The position numbers and the translations under genes are program-made. From a virus (lineage: Duplodnaviria; Caudoviricetes), in the IMG/VR virus record IMGVR_UViG_3300012348_000046, positions 1 to 36,459 of that record: DNA of 36,459 bases; one strand, given 5' to 3'. Under the pieces are notes generated by a model. That model saw nothing but the letters and a program-made list of their open reading frames with translations. It made no database searches and was not told where the DNA came from. How positions within the stretch are numbered: the first letter of the stretch is position 1; every line of letters begins with the position of its first letter. Shown here piece by piece: positions 8,143 through 17,038 of this stretch.

Positions 8143-9957
8143 TTAAACCCCTAACATTGCGTAATTAACACCTTTGAAGCCATTATCCATTTCAACAACA
8201 GCCTCAGGCATAACTTTTTCAACTTCTTGAGCAATAACGCCAACTTGCCTACCTTCTGGCAAATCATAACCGTCTTTATAATTGTATGTATAAAGATTTA
8301 ATCCGTTATTTAATGAGCCAATTTTTACAATGTTTTCTTTAGCATTAATATCTGAAGTAAAGATTGCCGGGTTACTTAAAGCAGCACCACCAAGACCCAT
8401 TAAACCGCTCATAAAACCACCACTAGCAGCGTTCTGTGCATTTACATTTGCTAATTGAGCATTATAATTTTGCTGAGTAGCACCAAGCAAGTCAGCACCA
8501 GCCACTTGAGGCATTTGTGCGCTTTGAGCATAGCTTGGGTTTTGCACTTGAGAACCTGTACGCAACGCATTGATGACATTAATAGGTTGCATTTGATTGT
8601 AGGCTTGTTGTTGGAAGCCTTGTTGTTGTGCTTGATTGCCAAGTTGAGCATTAGCCAAACCTTGTTGAAATTGTTGGTTAGCAGCTTGATTACCAAACGC
8701 AGCCAAATTAGCAGCATTACCTGTGTTTTGTGCGGCAGCTTGGTTAGCCAATTGAGCAGCACTAAGGTTTTGTCCGAATTGTTGACCAGCGGCTTGATTA
8801 CCAAATTGACCACCAGCAAGTGCTTGTTGGAAGGCTTGTGAATTAGCAGCGTTTTGTGCTTGTGTCTGTGCTGCATTTTGACCAAAGCCTTGAGCTTGTG
8901 CTGCATTAATAGCTTGTTGTTGAGCAGCGTTTTGACCAAACTGTTGTTGATTAGCTTGCAAGCCAACACCCATGCCTTGAATAATGGCACTAGTCATAGC
9001 ATCGTTTTGTTGTCTGCCCAAGATGTCTTTAGCAGTAGAGTAAGCGTTAGAGCCTAAGCCAATACCTTGATTAGCTAACCGAGATTCTTCAGCAGACCTT
9101 TGACGCTCTAAGTCAGGCTGTAATCTACGCATAATAGCGTCAGAGAATGTTTCGCCTGGGTTAATGCCGTAAGATGGCAAGCCTTGAGTGTTAATTTGAT
9201 TTTGAATTTGACCGTATTGGTCTATGTTAGATTTTAATGCTGGAACACCAGACAAGTTTAACGATGTTTGCACATTAGGATTAGCTACATTGCCAGTTGC
9301 GCTTTGAACATCATAACTTGTAGCTAATTTGCCAGTTGGCACATTGCTTGTTAAGCTAGGCAATTGAGATAAATCAACACCAGGTTGACTTAATACATTG
9401 TTAGCGTAATCTAAACCTCTGTTGGCTGTAGACAATAAGCCTTGATTTAGTCTGCTTTCTTGCTCGTAGATAGCTTGCTGTTCTGGTGATAATGTTTGTG
9501 TCGCAGTCCAATTTTGACCAGTTTGATATTTATCTGCTGTTGGAGCTATTGGCGCAATAGGTGCTTGAGTTGTTGGTTGATTGGCAGAAAATGAAGCCAT
9601 ACCACCCATGCCACCCATGCCACCGTAATAGTTGTTATTAGCAACTGGCTGAGTATTGTAATTTTGCACTGATTGATTGTAGTTTGCCAATTGAGATTGG
9701 TAATCAGCCATAGCCCTGTCATAAGCGCCTTGGTCAATTGTTGGAGTCATTGAATAAGTAAGATTGCCGTAAGGCGTTACTTGATTTACACGATTAGCAG
9801 CCGTAGTGTATTTGGCTGTTTCTAAATTACCAGCAGCAGTAGCATTAGCCGCAGCAGTGTAGTCAGGTGCTGGTGGTGCTTTAGCTTTACCGTTAGCCAT
9901 TGATATGAATGGGTCACGAACACCTTGCAACCTTAATTGCACAAATTTACCTAGCAT
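8143..9957 (-). CDS. Putative DNA ejection (pilot) protein with Q/N/A repeats and a C-terminal S74-like chaperone domain
   Basis: GK..APPAPDY N-terminal motif, NQVTPYG, Q/N/A-rich core and a Gly-rich hydrophobic helix, followed by SD..AKENI...GVIAQEVE...VNY. Confidence 0.72.
   Translation of the reverse strand: MLGKFVQLRLQGVRDPFISMANGKAKAPPAPDYTAAANATAAGNLETAKYTTAANRVNQVTPYGNLTYSMTPTIDQGAYDRAMADYQSQLANYNQSVQNYNTQPVANNNYYGGMGGMGGMASFSANQPTTQAPIAPIAPTADKYQTGQNWTATQTLSPEQQAIYEQESRLNQGLLSTANRGLDYANNVLSQPGVDLSQLPSLTSNVPTGKLATSYDVQSATGNVANPNVQTSLNLSGVPALKSNIDQYGQIQNQINTQGLPSYGINPGETFSDAIMRRLQPDLERQRSAEESRLANQGIGLGSNAYSTAKDILGRQQNDAMTSAIIQGMGVGLQANQQQFGQNAAQQQAINAAQAQGFGQNAAQTQAQNAANSQAFQQALAGGQFGNQAAGQQFGQNLSAAQLANQAAAQNTGNAANLAAFGNQAANQQFQQGLANAQLGNQAQQQGFQQQAYNQMQPINVINALRTGSQVQNPSYAQSAQMPQVAGADLLGATQQNYNAQLANVNAQNAASGGFMSGLMGLGGAALSNPAIFTSDINAKENIVKIGSLNNGLNLYTYNYKDGYDLPEGRQVGVIAQEVEKVMPEAVVEMDNGFKGVNYAMLGV
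8600..8960 (-). repeat. About seven degenerate 18-aa (54-nt) tandem repeats; boundaries approximate
   Basis: NAAQAQGFGQNAAQTQAQ / NAANSQAFQQALAGGQFG / NQAAGQQFGQNLSAAQLA / NQAAAQNTGNAANLAAFG / NQAANQQFQQGLANAQLG and flanking partial units. Confidence 0.8.
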
Positions 9958-10354
9958 TTTTTTTACTCCAATTTAACATTTTGCAGTTTTCAGGCCATAG
10001 CGTCATTATGTGTAAATCACCATTACGACCTGCGTCTTTTAAAGTTGCTTCTATTACAAAACCTATCTTGTGATTAAGGCTTATTGCTTTGTGGTTGTCC
10101 GCTTCTACTGTAGCTGTAAAACGCTTAACCTTTACTTGATTAAATATGTAATTTACTACAGCTATCCAATAGCTTTTTGTAGGTGGTGAATCAATGCGTT
10201 GATGACCAAACATATTGTTGCCATTCCAGTTTTCAAATGCTGTGCCAGCAACAATAACGCCATCTTTCTCCCAACCAAGAGCAGTCATGCCCTCGGTATA
10301 AGAGCCTACCTTTTCCATTACCCACCTAGCTACAAATTCACCTTGAACTAGCAT
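9947..10354 (-). CDS. GNAT-family acetyltransferase (virion-module)
   Basis: V.A.N.KAI.L..KIGF..E..L motif B of RimJ/RimL-type GNATs. Confidence 0.82.
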   Translation of the reverse strand: MLVQGEFVARWVMEKVGSYTEGMTALGWEKDGVIVAGTAFENWNGNNMFGHQRIDSPPTKSYWIAVVNYIFNQVKVKRFTATVEADNHKAISLNHKIGFVIEATLKDAGRNGDLHIMTLWPENCKMLNWSKKNAR

Positions 10355-11874
10355 TAAAGTATTGCACCGCCCTCAATTACGATGTCAGTTGATACCCAGC
10401 GCACTTGTAGCTTGTTACTTACTACCTTAACAGTAGGCGCACCGTAATAACCAACACCGTTTAGACCTTGCCAGTATTGTAGGACTTGTAATGTGCCACC
10501 CCATACTGCTGAATCCCATGTGCTTGCATCCCATACGCCATAATTAACTGGCACATAGTTTAAAGTTGAGGTTGTATCTGTCGTGTCAAAGTCAATGTTG
10601 ATACCAGCACCAATAGCAGGGTTGCCATCTGTGCGGATAATAGGCCGTGACATAGTAAATCGTTTAAGCAAACCAGCACTGTTAAAACTGTTAAAGGCTT
10701 GTAAACCATACGCTGTAATGTTGTTGGTATCGTCTGCTTGAGTATTCCATGCTTTAGCTACATAACCATTGCTGCCAAAGTAAGGGTTATCGTCTAACAT
10801 TTCCATGCAATTAGCGTTCCAGCCTGTGTAGTTGCACCAAGCACCTGTAATGGTGTTCATTACAAATTGTTGCTGGTCTTGGCCTTGTTGCACTGGCACA
10901 TTTAGCCATAATTGGTTGATGTTAGGCACATACATTAACTGCCAACCAAAGTTAGCGTTATATTCTGTTACGGCTGAACTAATGGCAGACTGTATCTTGT
11001 CGGTAATGGCTACCTTAGGTTGAACCCTAGATGATTGCAATGCACCTGATAATGGCACTACACCATCACGACAGATGATAAGCATATCGCCAGCGTATTT
11101 GTATAAGCTTCTAGCACCTACTGGCGCACCTATATCCCACACACCTACCATAGCCCAACTAGCAGCCAATGACGGATCGCTACCTTGATACACGATAATC
11201 TGACCTTTGTTGGTCATAATTACATAGTGGTCATTTACACCTTGACCAGCATCAATTGTCCATGTGCCATGAGCTACAATGTAACCGCCCTTGGTCATAA
11301 ACGCTGATATATCTACAGCACCTGCTGCACCACCAATAGATTGCACTGGCAGATACCATACTTTTAACGTGCCTTCCTCAATAAAAAACTGACGGTTAGC
11401 ATAAAGTATAGGGCTGTTTAATTTAGTGGCTGTAACGCCTGTTATTGAAGCGTTAGACCATGTTGTGCCGTTATACACTCTTGGTGTATCAACACCATTG
11501 GCCATTGATAGGAAGTTACCACCAGCCGTAGCTATGTTAAGGTATTGCCAGCGTGAGTTAGTCAATCCTGTAAGCACTGCTGCACCTACTGGGCCAGCTG
11601 CTGTAGCGTCATACACACTGCCACCAGCAATAGCAAATAGCTTGTCTGTAGTAGAACCAGCGTAAGCCATTAAGGTTTCTACCTGGCCACTAATACCTGT
11701 AGCGTGTTTAGAGTAACCATTGCGTAATTGGCACTCGGTTGTTGCTGGAAACCAATTGGTTAAGATAGGTGCATCTAACGGACTCATGGCTGCTAGTGAA
11801 TCCCTAGCGTTCCATCCACCTACTGGTGCTGGCAGTGATACTGGCTGTGATACAGCTCTTTTAGCTCTAGCCAT
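10354..11874 (-). CDS. Tail tubular protein B / DNA stabilisation (nozzle) protein
   Basis: 506 aa, beta-rich and propeller-like; PAPVGGWN start; follows the adaptor gene. Confidence 0.72.
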   Translation of the reverse strand: MARAKRAVSQPVSLPAPVGGWNARDSLAAMSPLDAPILTNWFPATTECQLRNGYSKHATGISGQVETLMAYAGSTTDKLFAIAGGSVYDATAAGPVGAAVLTGLTNSRWQYLNIATAGGNFLSMANGVDTPRVYNGTTWSNASITGVTATKLNSPILYANRQFFIEEGTLKVWYLPVQSIGGAAGAVDISAFMTKGGYIVAHGTWTIDAGQGVNDHYVIMTNKGQIIVYQGSDPSLAASWAMVGVWDIGAPVGARSLYKYAGDMLIICRDGVVPLSGALQSSRVQPKVAITDKIQSAISSAVTEYNANFGWQLMYVPNINQLWLNVPVQQGQDQQQFVMNTITGAWCNYTGWNANCMEMLDDNPYFGSNGYVAKAWNTQADDTNNITAYGLQAFNSFNSAGLLKRFTMSRPIIRTDGNPAIGAGINIDFDTTDTTSTLNYVPVNYGVWDASTWDSAVWGGTLQVLQYWQGLNGVGYYGAPTVKVVSNKLQVRWVSTDIVIEGGAIL

Positions 11875-11876
11875 TG

Positions 11877-12794
11877 TTAAGCTCCGTAGTTAGCGTCTGG
11901 AATGTTCTCCCAACCAATTAACACATTGGCTATTCTTGGGGCTAGTGATAATGTAGCAGAACCAGCATCATTGGCTTTAGCAATGTTTAGCTGCATATCA
12001 TAATCACGCTGGAAGGATAAGGTGTCAAAACCTTTTATCTCAAAGTATTTCTTTTTCAAACCCAAAATCATTAAGCGATCAGGGAATATGCAAGTGTCTG
12101 TATCGTGAATAAGCGATGCTTGTGTAGCACCTGTAGCAGATGTTGCCCAGTTGCTAGAGATATACTCAAAGCTTAGGTATTCGTTAGTAGATGTTAGTGG
12201 CCAGATTTGAAACTGTTGACCCATGATACGCCAACGAATACGAGGGCCAGTTGAGATGTAGCTAGACTTTAACCATTGCCATTGTTGTGGTGTTTCTGGG
12301 CCTAACATCTCCCAGCGTTTAGACTTGTCGTATTGTGTACGGTCTGTAATACGGTCAAAGCCTGTAGGCAGTTCGTATTTGACTTGACCAAACACATAGT
12401 TACCAGCACCATCGCTAGTAGCAGCACTATTAATCGTTACAGTAGTGCCTATGGCTGATGTTACGGCTGTGCTTTGTATAACACCTTCGCCTTGCACTTG
12501 AAAGTTGTCAGCACCAGCAGCGTTAATAAAGGCTACAACAGCAGGATCTACACCTGTAATTGTGTTAGTGCCATAAAGAATAGCACCGTCAGACTCAGCG
12601 TATTGTGAATACCAGTTGTATTCAATGTTTAACGCTTCCCATGGGTATTCTCTTGCAAGTTCGTTACCTACAGCATTGACCAAGTAATTTAATTGAATTA
12701 CATCGGCAGCAGTGTTACCTGCTACTTGTTGAGGCACAGCTAGGCCCATTTCACCTGAAGCTTGTTGCACTAATTGCAAGAGCGTACTTGACAT
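11877..12794 (-). CDS. Head-tail adaptor / tail tubular protein A
   Basis: TLLQLVQ start, W..L, Y.LP..F and P....I motifs; located after the capsid genes. Confidence 0.68.
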   Translation of the reverse strand: MSSTLLQLVQQASGEMGLAVPQQVAGNTAADVIQLNYLVNAVGNELAREYPWEALNIEYNWYSQYAESDGAILYGTNTITGVDPAVVAFINAAGADNFQVQGEGVIQSTAVTSAIGTTVTINSAATSDGAGNYVFGQVKYELPTGFDRITDRTQYDKSKRWEMLGPETPQQWQWLKSSYISTGPRIRWRIMGQQFQIWPLTSTNEYLSFEYISSNWATSATGATQASLIHDTDTCIFPDRLMILGLKKKYFEIKGFDTLSFQRDYDMQLNIAKANDAGSATLSLAPRIANVLIGWENIPDANYGA

Positions 12795-12795
12795 A

Positions 12796-13392
12796 TTATT
12801 CCTCTACTGTTTCCTCTGCCTTAGCCTTCTTAGGCGTAGCTTTAGGTTGATTCATTTTCTGAGCTAACTCTGCTAGTTGTGCCTTAACTGCCGCTAATTC
12901 CTCATCACGCTTACGAAGCTCGTCTGCTTGTTGTTGAACTAATGCTGTGCCTTTGGCGCTAGATAAGAAAGCTTTTGCCTTGTCACGCAAAGCAAGTGGT
13001 GACATACCTGCTGCCATACCTAGTGTGCCTAATTGGGCATCAGAGGCTTGTGCAACCTGCTCTACTGTATAAAATTTAAAGTGTTTTAACTCAGCCGCTG
13101 AAGCTGCGTTTAATACTGGCCAATCGTGAAGCAATGTGCCTTCAATATCGCCATCTGTTTTCTCGTTCTGATACCTTGCCCATTGAATAGGGAAGCGTTC
13201 TTTGTGTTCTGTCGCAGCAAATGTGTCAATGACTGTGTGAGTGTTGCCTGGAACTTCAATTAATACAAAGTCTGCCATTTCCATGATAGGACGGCCTTCT
13301 AAAGCACTCTTGAACTCGTTGCTTACTGCTCGTTGGTAAAACTTAACATTTAATCGTGAATCTGGGTTATTTACATCTGTGTTGTATTGCAT
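12796..13392 (-). CDS. Conserved phage hypothetical protein (start revised to MQYNTD)
   Basis: GGAGA RBS precedes the ATG at 13392; contains an HhH-like TVEQVA..SD segment and a C-terminal coiled coil. Confidence 0.7.
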   Translation of the reverse strand: MQYNTDVNNPDSRLNVKFYQRAVSNEFKSALEGRPIMEMADFVLIEVPGNTHTVIDTFAATEHKERFPIQWARYQNEKTDGDIEGTLLHDWPVLNAASAAELKHFKFYTVEQVAQASDAQLGTLGMAAGMSPLALRDKAKAFLSSAKGTALVQQQADELRKRDEELAAVKAQLAELAQKMNQPKATPKKAKAEETVEE

Positions 13393-13449
13393 TTGAATCT
13401 CCAAAGTGGTTTGGGGTTTGTAGATAACTCTCAAAATGAAAGCTACCTA

Positions 13450-13475
13450 GAAACCCACCTCCGAAGAGGTGAGAA
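13450..13475 (-). terminator. Hairpin / probable leaky terminator after the capsid genes
   Basis: CACCTC-TTCG-GAGGTG followed by a short GGTTTCT tail. Confidence 0.65.
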
Positions 13476-13484
13476 TCTTTTAGA

Positions 13485-13775
13485 TTACACTGAAGCTTCG
13501 CTGAACCAGCCGTAATCACCTGCAACCATTGCTGTTGCTGGTGAATCGTAAGTACCGCCTACGTTAGATGCTGCAAATGTAGTTGCGTCAATAGAGCATG
13601 TTGTATCTGATGCTGAAATTGAGTCACTTGCTTTTGCAAATACATAACGACGTCCGTCTGAACCCCATACTTGTGTACCAAGTAAAGCGTTTACAGGTGC
13701 GCCAGCAGCAATTTCTACTGCTGTAATAGTGTCAACCAAATCAATCCCAGCAAGTGGGGTTACTGAATATGCCAT
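13485..13775 (-). CDS. Putative capsid decoration / cement protein
   Basis: 96 aa, directly after the major capsid gene and before the hairpin; G..YVF.KA and YGW motifs. Confidence 0.6.
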   Translation of the reverse strand: MAYSVTPLAGIDLVDTITAVEIAAGAPVNALLGTQVWGSDGRRYVFAKASDSISASDTTCSIDATTFAASNVGGTYDSPATAMVAGDYGWFSEASV

Positions 13776-13786
13776 GTTATTTCCCC

Positions 13787-14782
13787 TTAAGCCTTAAGAA
13801 CGCCACTGAATTGTGGACCTGAGCTTGTCATGTTACCAGCCCAACCGATTAGTTTAACTACAGCGTCTTGGTTTACAGATTGACGCTCGCCACCGATAGG
13901 GGCAAAGTTACGATCTGTATGTGGACGGAAGTAGATGTAGTTAGTGTTCAAGAACCACATATGGTTTGCAGTTGCTTGAGAACCAATACCACCACCTAAT
14001 ACTACGTCAGCAGATGTACCGCCACCGTAGAATTTCAATGATGCGAAACCAGCAGCACCTTCGTCAACAGAAGTTACACGTTGGATAGCTTGCAATGAGT
14101 TCACATACAATGAGTAGTAGTTGTTGTCAGCTACAATCAAATCAGCCTTATCTTGACCACGAACTAATTTAATAGCTAGTTGAGTCATGTAAGATTGAAT
14201 GTTAGCAGCAGATACAGCAGCACCGCCATTAGTTACGCCAGAGAAAGCTTGGTTTTGCCAGAATGACCATGTTGCACGGTTAATACCACCGTAAACACCA
14301 GTAGATGGACTATCTGCAACAGCAGCAGCCAAACCAGTTAAGTTTTTACCACCGTTACCAGTACCGTCACCGTAGATGTCAGTTTGAATACGATTCATTA
14401 ACTGACCTTCAGCAACTTGTACACGACCTTCTAACAAGTCAATGATTGCCTCTTTAGAACTGTTTTGCAACATTTCCAAGCCAGAGATGGTAACAGCAGA
14501 CGCATACTGAGCGATAGAGAATTGAGCTGCTGAGATTGGGCTGTTAGGCGCAATGTTCAGAGTTTCATAACCACTGTATGAGTTTGTGTTGTTTGTGTTG
14601 GAATCGTTGTACATGATTTCTTCTAAAATCACGTTACCGCCTGAGAATGGGCGTACGTTACCACGTTTGCGTAAACGGTCTAAAACCGCATTGTTTAATG
14701 TTACGTTATCAGCCAGTTTGCCACTACGACTTTGGATGGTAGTTGCAATAATGTCTGACACGGTTGAATTGGCAAAAGCCAT
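13787..14782 (-). CDS. Major capsid protein
   Basis: 331 aa, follows the scaffold, strong AAGGAG RBS, biased codon use and an HK97-like sequence pattern. Confidence 0.88.
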   Translation of the reverse strand: MAFANSTVSDIIATTIQSRSGKLADNVTLNNAVLDRLRKRGNVRPFSGGNVILEEIMYNDSNTNNTNSYSGYETLNIAPNSPISAAQFSIAQYASAVTISGLEMLQNSSKEAIIDLLEGRVQVAEGQLMNRIQTDIYGDGTGNGGKNLTGLAAAVADSPSTGVYGGINRATWSFWQNQAFSGVTNGGAAVSAANIQSYMTQLAIKLVRGQDKADLIVADNNYYSLYVNSLQAIQRVTSVDEGAAGFASLKFYGGGTSADVVLGGGIGSQATANHMWFLNTNYIYFRPHTDRNFAPIGGERQSVNQDAVVKLIGWAGNMTSSGPQFSGVLKA

Positions 14783-14803
14783 AATGTCACTCCTTATTTA
14801 TTG

Positions 14804-15826
14804 TCAGATTAAACCGCTAGAATGTTGCTCAAATGCTTGCATAATCGCATCTCTAGCAGAGCTTGCGGACTTACCACCACTAGACCCTGACGCTGTAGGC
14901 GTTGTTGACTTTGGTGAAAGTACCTTCGCTTTTGCCGCTGCTACCTTTTCTCGTTGAGCCGCTTCAGATTTGTGCGCTTGTTCAGCACTTACTTTTTGAA
15001 ATACGTCATCGTTTAATCGGATAGCTTTGTCATAAGCTGATTGAAGATCGTTTGCCATTCCGCTTTGGAGTAATCCAGCCATGGTTTCACGAACTTCTTC
15101 AAAATAAGGTTTGTCATCTTTAAATGACGCAATCTCATTCTGCAATTGGGCTTGCTCCATTTGCTCTTGTGAGCTTTGGAAGCTTGTCCATTGATTCTTT
15201 ATTTGATTTAACTCTTGTGCTAATTGCGAGAACTGTGGGTCATATCCTGATTGACCGGTCAATTGCCCTAAATTAACACCATACTCGTTTGCCAACTGAG
15301 CAAATGTGTTTAACTTCTGCTGTGGCGATCCATATACCAACTGTGCATGAGCATTGCCCAGGCTTGAAATCCATTGCGCTGGCGATATGTTGTTTTGTTT
15401 TAACGAATCTTCAAATGGTCGTATGGCTTCTACAATTGGAGCTGCCATATCCCACTGATTTTTGTAAGTTGACACACCTTTAGCGTAATCAGCTTCCCTT
15501 TGCTGTATATAATCCTGCAAAGTTGGGTCTAACTTACCCCAATGTTCCTCGTAATCCTTTTTCCATGAACTAGGACGAGGTTTTGTAGTTATTTCTTGTT
15601 GCTCTTGCTCAAAATTATCAGCAGATGGCTCTGTAAGCTCTTTTGAAGCTGTTTGAGAGGTTTTAGCGAACTTGCCTGACTCATCCCTAGGGCGAGAAGT
15701 TTTATCGCTTTCTACAGCGTCCTGTGAGGTCGTATTTTCTGTTACTGCTGATTCTGTTGACTCAATAGCGTTTTCAATTGTATCTCTTAGGCTAATTGGC
15801 TCATCCAGAGTAGTCTGGTTATCCAT
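14804..15826 (-). CDS. Capsid scaffolding protein
   Basis: Acidic disordered N-terminus, RDESGKF motif, P.SWKK..W and a helical core; immediately upstream of the capsid gene. Confidence 0.78.
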   Translation of the reverse strand: MDNQTTLDEPISLRDTIENAIESTESAVTENTTSQDAVESDKTSRPRDESGKFAKTSQTASKELTEPSADNFEQEQQEITTKPRPSSWKKDYEEHWGKLDPTLQDYIQQREADYAKGVSTYKNQWDMAAPIVEAIRPFEDSLKQNNISPAQWISSLGNAHAQLVYGSPQQKLNTFAQLANEYGVNLGQLTGQSGYDPQFSQLAQELNQIKNQWTSFQSSQEQMEQAQLQNEIASFKDDKPYFEEVRETMAGLLQSGMANDLQSAYDKAIRLNDDVFQKVSAEQAHKSEAAQREKVAAAKAKVLSPKSTTPTASGSSGGKSASSARDAIMQAFEQHSSGLI

Positions 15827-15846
15827 TTTGCTTTCCTTATGTTAAA

Positions 15847-16212
15847 TTATGCTGATAGGTTTGCTACAAAGTTACCGTTGCCTAATGCGTAGAATGTGCA
15901 AGTTTTACCTGCGCCTACTGCTAGTGCTGCGTTAGCTGAACCTGTACCAATTGCACCGCCAACTGGAGGCCATACATTGATTGAGTTCGCTGTGTTGTTA
16001 GCAATCAAGTAGCTGTCACCAGAACCTGCTGTTGCTGGCAATGTTGGGCCATTTGATGCTGTAGATGTTGTGTAAACTACAAAATCTGACACTAATGCTA
16101 ATGAGCCTTGTGAAGCGCCTGTTGCTGTTTGTGCTAATGTTACAAAACCTGTAATAGCGTCAGCCGTTAAACCTGGCACACCACTACCGTTTAGATTTAC
16201 TGTTGTTGTCAT
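15847..16212 (-). CDS. Small virion structural protein
   Basis: A/G/T/S-rich beta protein with TLP and I.V.P..G..I motifs, within the head module. Confidence 0.6.
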   Translation of the reverse strand: MTTTVNLNGSGVPGLTADAITGFVTLAQTATGASQGSLALVSDFVVYTTSTASNGPTLPATAGSGDSYLIANNTANSINVWPPVGGAIGTGSANAALAVGAGKTCTFYALGNGNFVANLSA

Positions 16213-16226
16213 TTGTTGCTCCCTTA

Positions 16227-16673
16227 TTAATAACGCAATTTGTTGTAAACTTCTCTTGCAATTTGCTCTTTCAAGTTATCCCTAGGTCTTTCTGGATTCT
16301 TTATAGGCATATCACCTGCCTCTATGCAATTGTTACGCTTTAGATGCTCTCTGTGGGCTTTCTTGCCCTCTATCATGCGACCATCAATCATAGACTGATA
16401 GGGCTTGTAGTCTTCACGGACATAAGGCAACGATACAGTGCCTTGTCTGTACATCATGGTTAGCTTTTCTTGCCAAACTTTTTCGCCTTCTTCGCCACTA
16501 AGATTCCATCGCTCTAGGAAGTCAGCTTTCATTGTTACTAAATCGTCTTCTTGCTCGTCTTTCTTTTCTTCTAACCTTACTGTGCGATCTATCTTGTCGT
16601 AATTGTCATCAAAGGTTTTACCCTTCATGCGAGTCTGTATAGAATCGCCTGTTATATCGTTTTTAGCTGCCAT
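16227..16673 (-). CDS. Hypothetical protein
   Basis: KNDITGD N-terminus and PYQSMIDG..I.G...HREHLKRN.C.E.GD C-terminal motif. Confidence 0.7.
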   Translation of the reverse strand: MAAKNDITGDSIQTRMKGKTFDDNYDKIDRTVRLEEKKDEQEDDLVTMKADFLERWNLSGEEGEKVWQEKLTMMYRQGTVSLPYVREDYKPYQSMIDGRMIEGKKAHREHLKRNNCIEAGDMPIKNPERPRDNLKEQIAREVYNKLRY

Positions 16674-16675
16674 GG

Positions 16676-17038
16676 TTACATAAGCATTAGTAGTAATGCC
16701 TCGTCCTCCTGTTCTTGCTGCATTTCTTGGAATCTGCCAATGATTTGTTGCACTAGCTCCACATTTTGAGCCAACTTGCCGTAATCAATGGAATGAATTG
16801 ACAAGCCTTGTGATGGCTTGACGTATTTAGCTACCTGTTCTTTTAATTCTGCTGCTACTGGCTCTGCAAATAACTCTTTAACATGGTCTTGCATCTCAGA
16901 CCTAGCTGACCTGCGTATATGTTCTTTCTTTTTCTTACCTGCACCGCCCCTAGAACCCCATACATCAGGACTAGGTGGTATTACAGCGTTAGCTAATGAG
17001 TTAAATGCCCTTGTTGCAAATGCACTAAACCCAAACAT
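16676..17038 (-). CDS. Putative virion protein
   Basis: MFGFSAFA..F start, EDEALLLMLM end and TAATG coupling. Confidence 0.6.
   Translation of the reverse strand: MFGFSAFATRAFNSLANAVIPPSPDVWGSRGGAGKKKKEHIRRSARSEMQDHVKELFAEPVAAELKEQVAKYVKPSQGLSIHSIDYGKLAQNVELVQQIIGRFQEMQQEQEDEALLLMLM

Noticed and set aside
8600-8960. CRISPR-like or non-coding tandem array
   Set aside because: The repeats are degenerate in-frame protein repeats with no constant repeat and spacer pattern.
6899-9737. Alternate-frame minus ORFs 6899-7255, 8451-8990 and 9546-9737
   Set aside because: Nested in Q/N/A-rich genes whose codon bias removes stops in a second frame; no independent RBS or slippery site recognised.
8143-9957. 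Calling this a tail fibre because of its S74-like domain
   Set aside because: The body is helical Q/N/A-rich, lacks fibre motifs and sits in the ejection-protein position.
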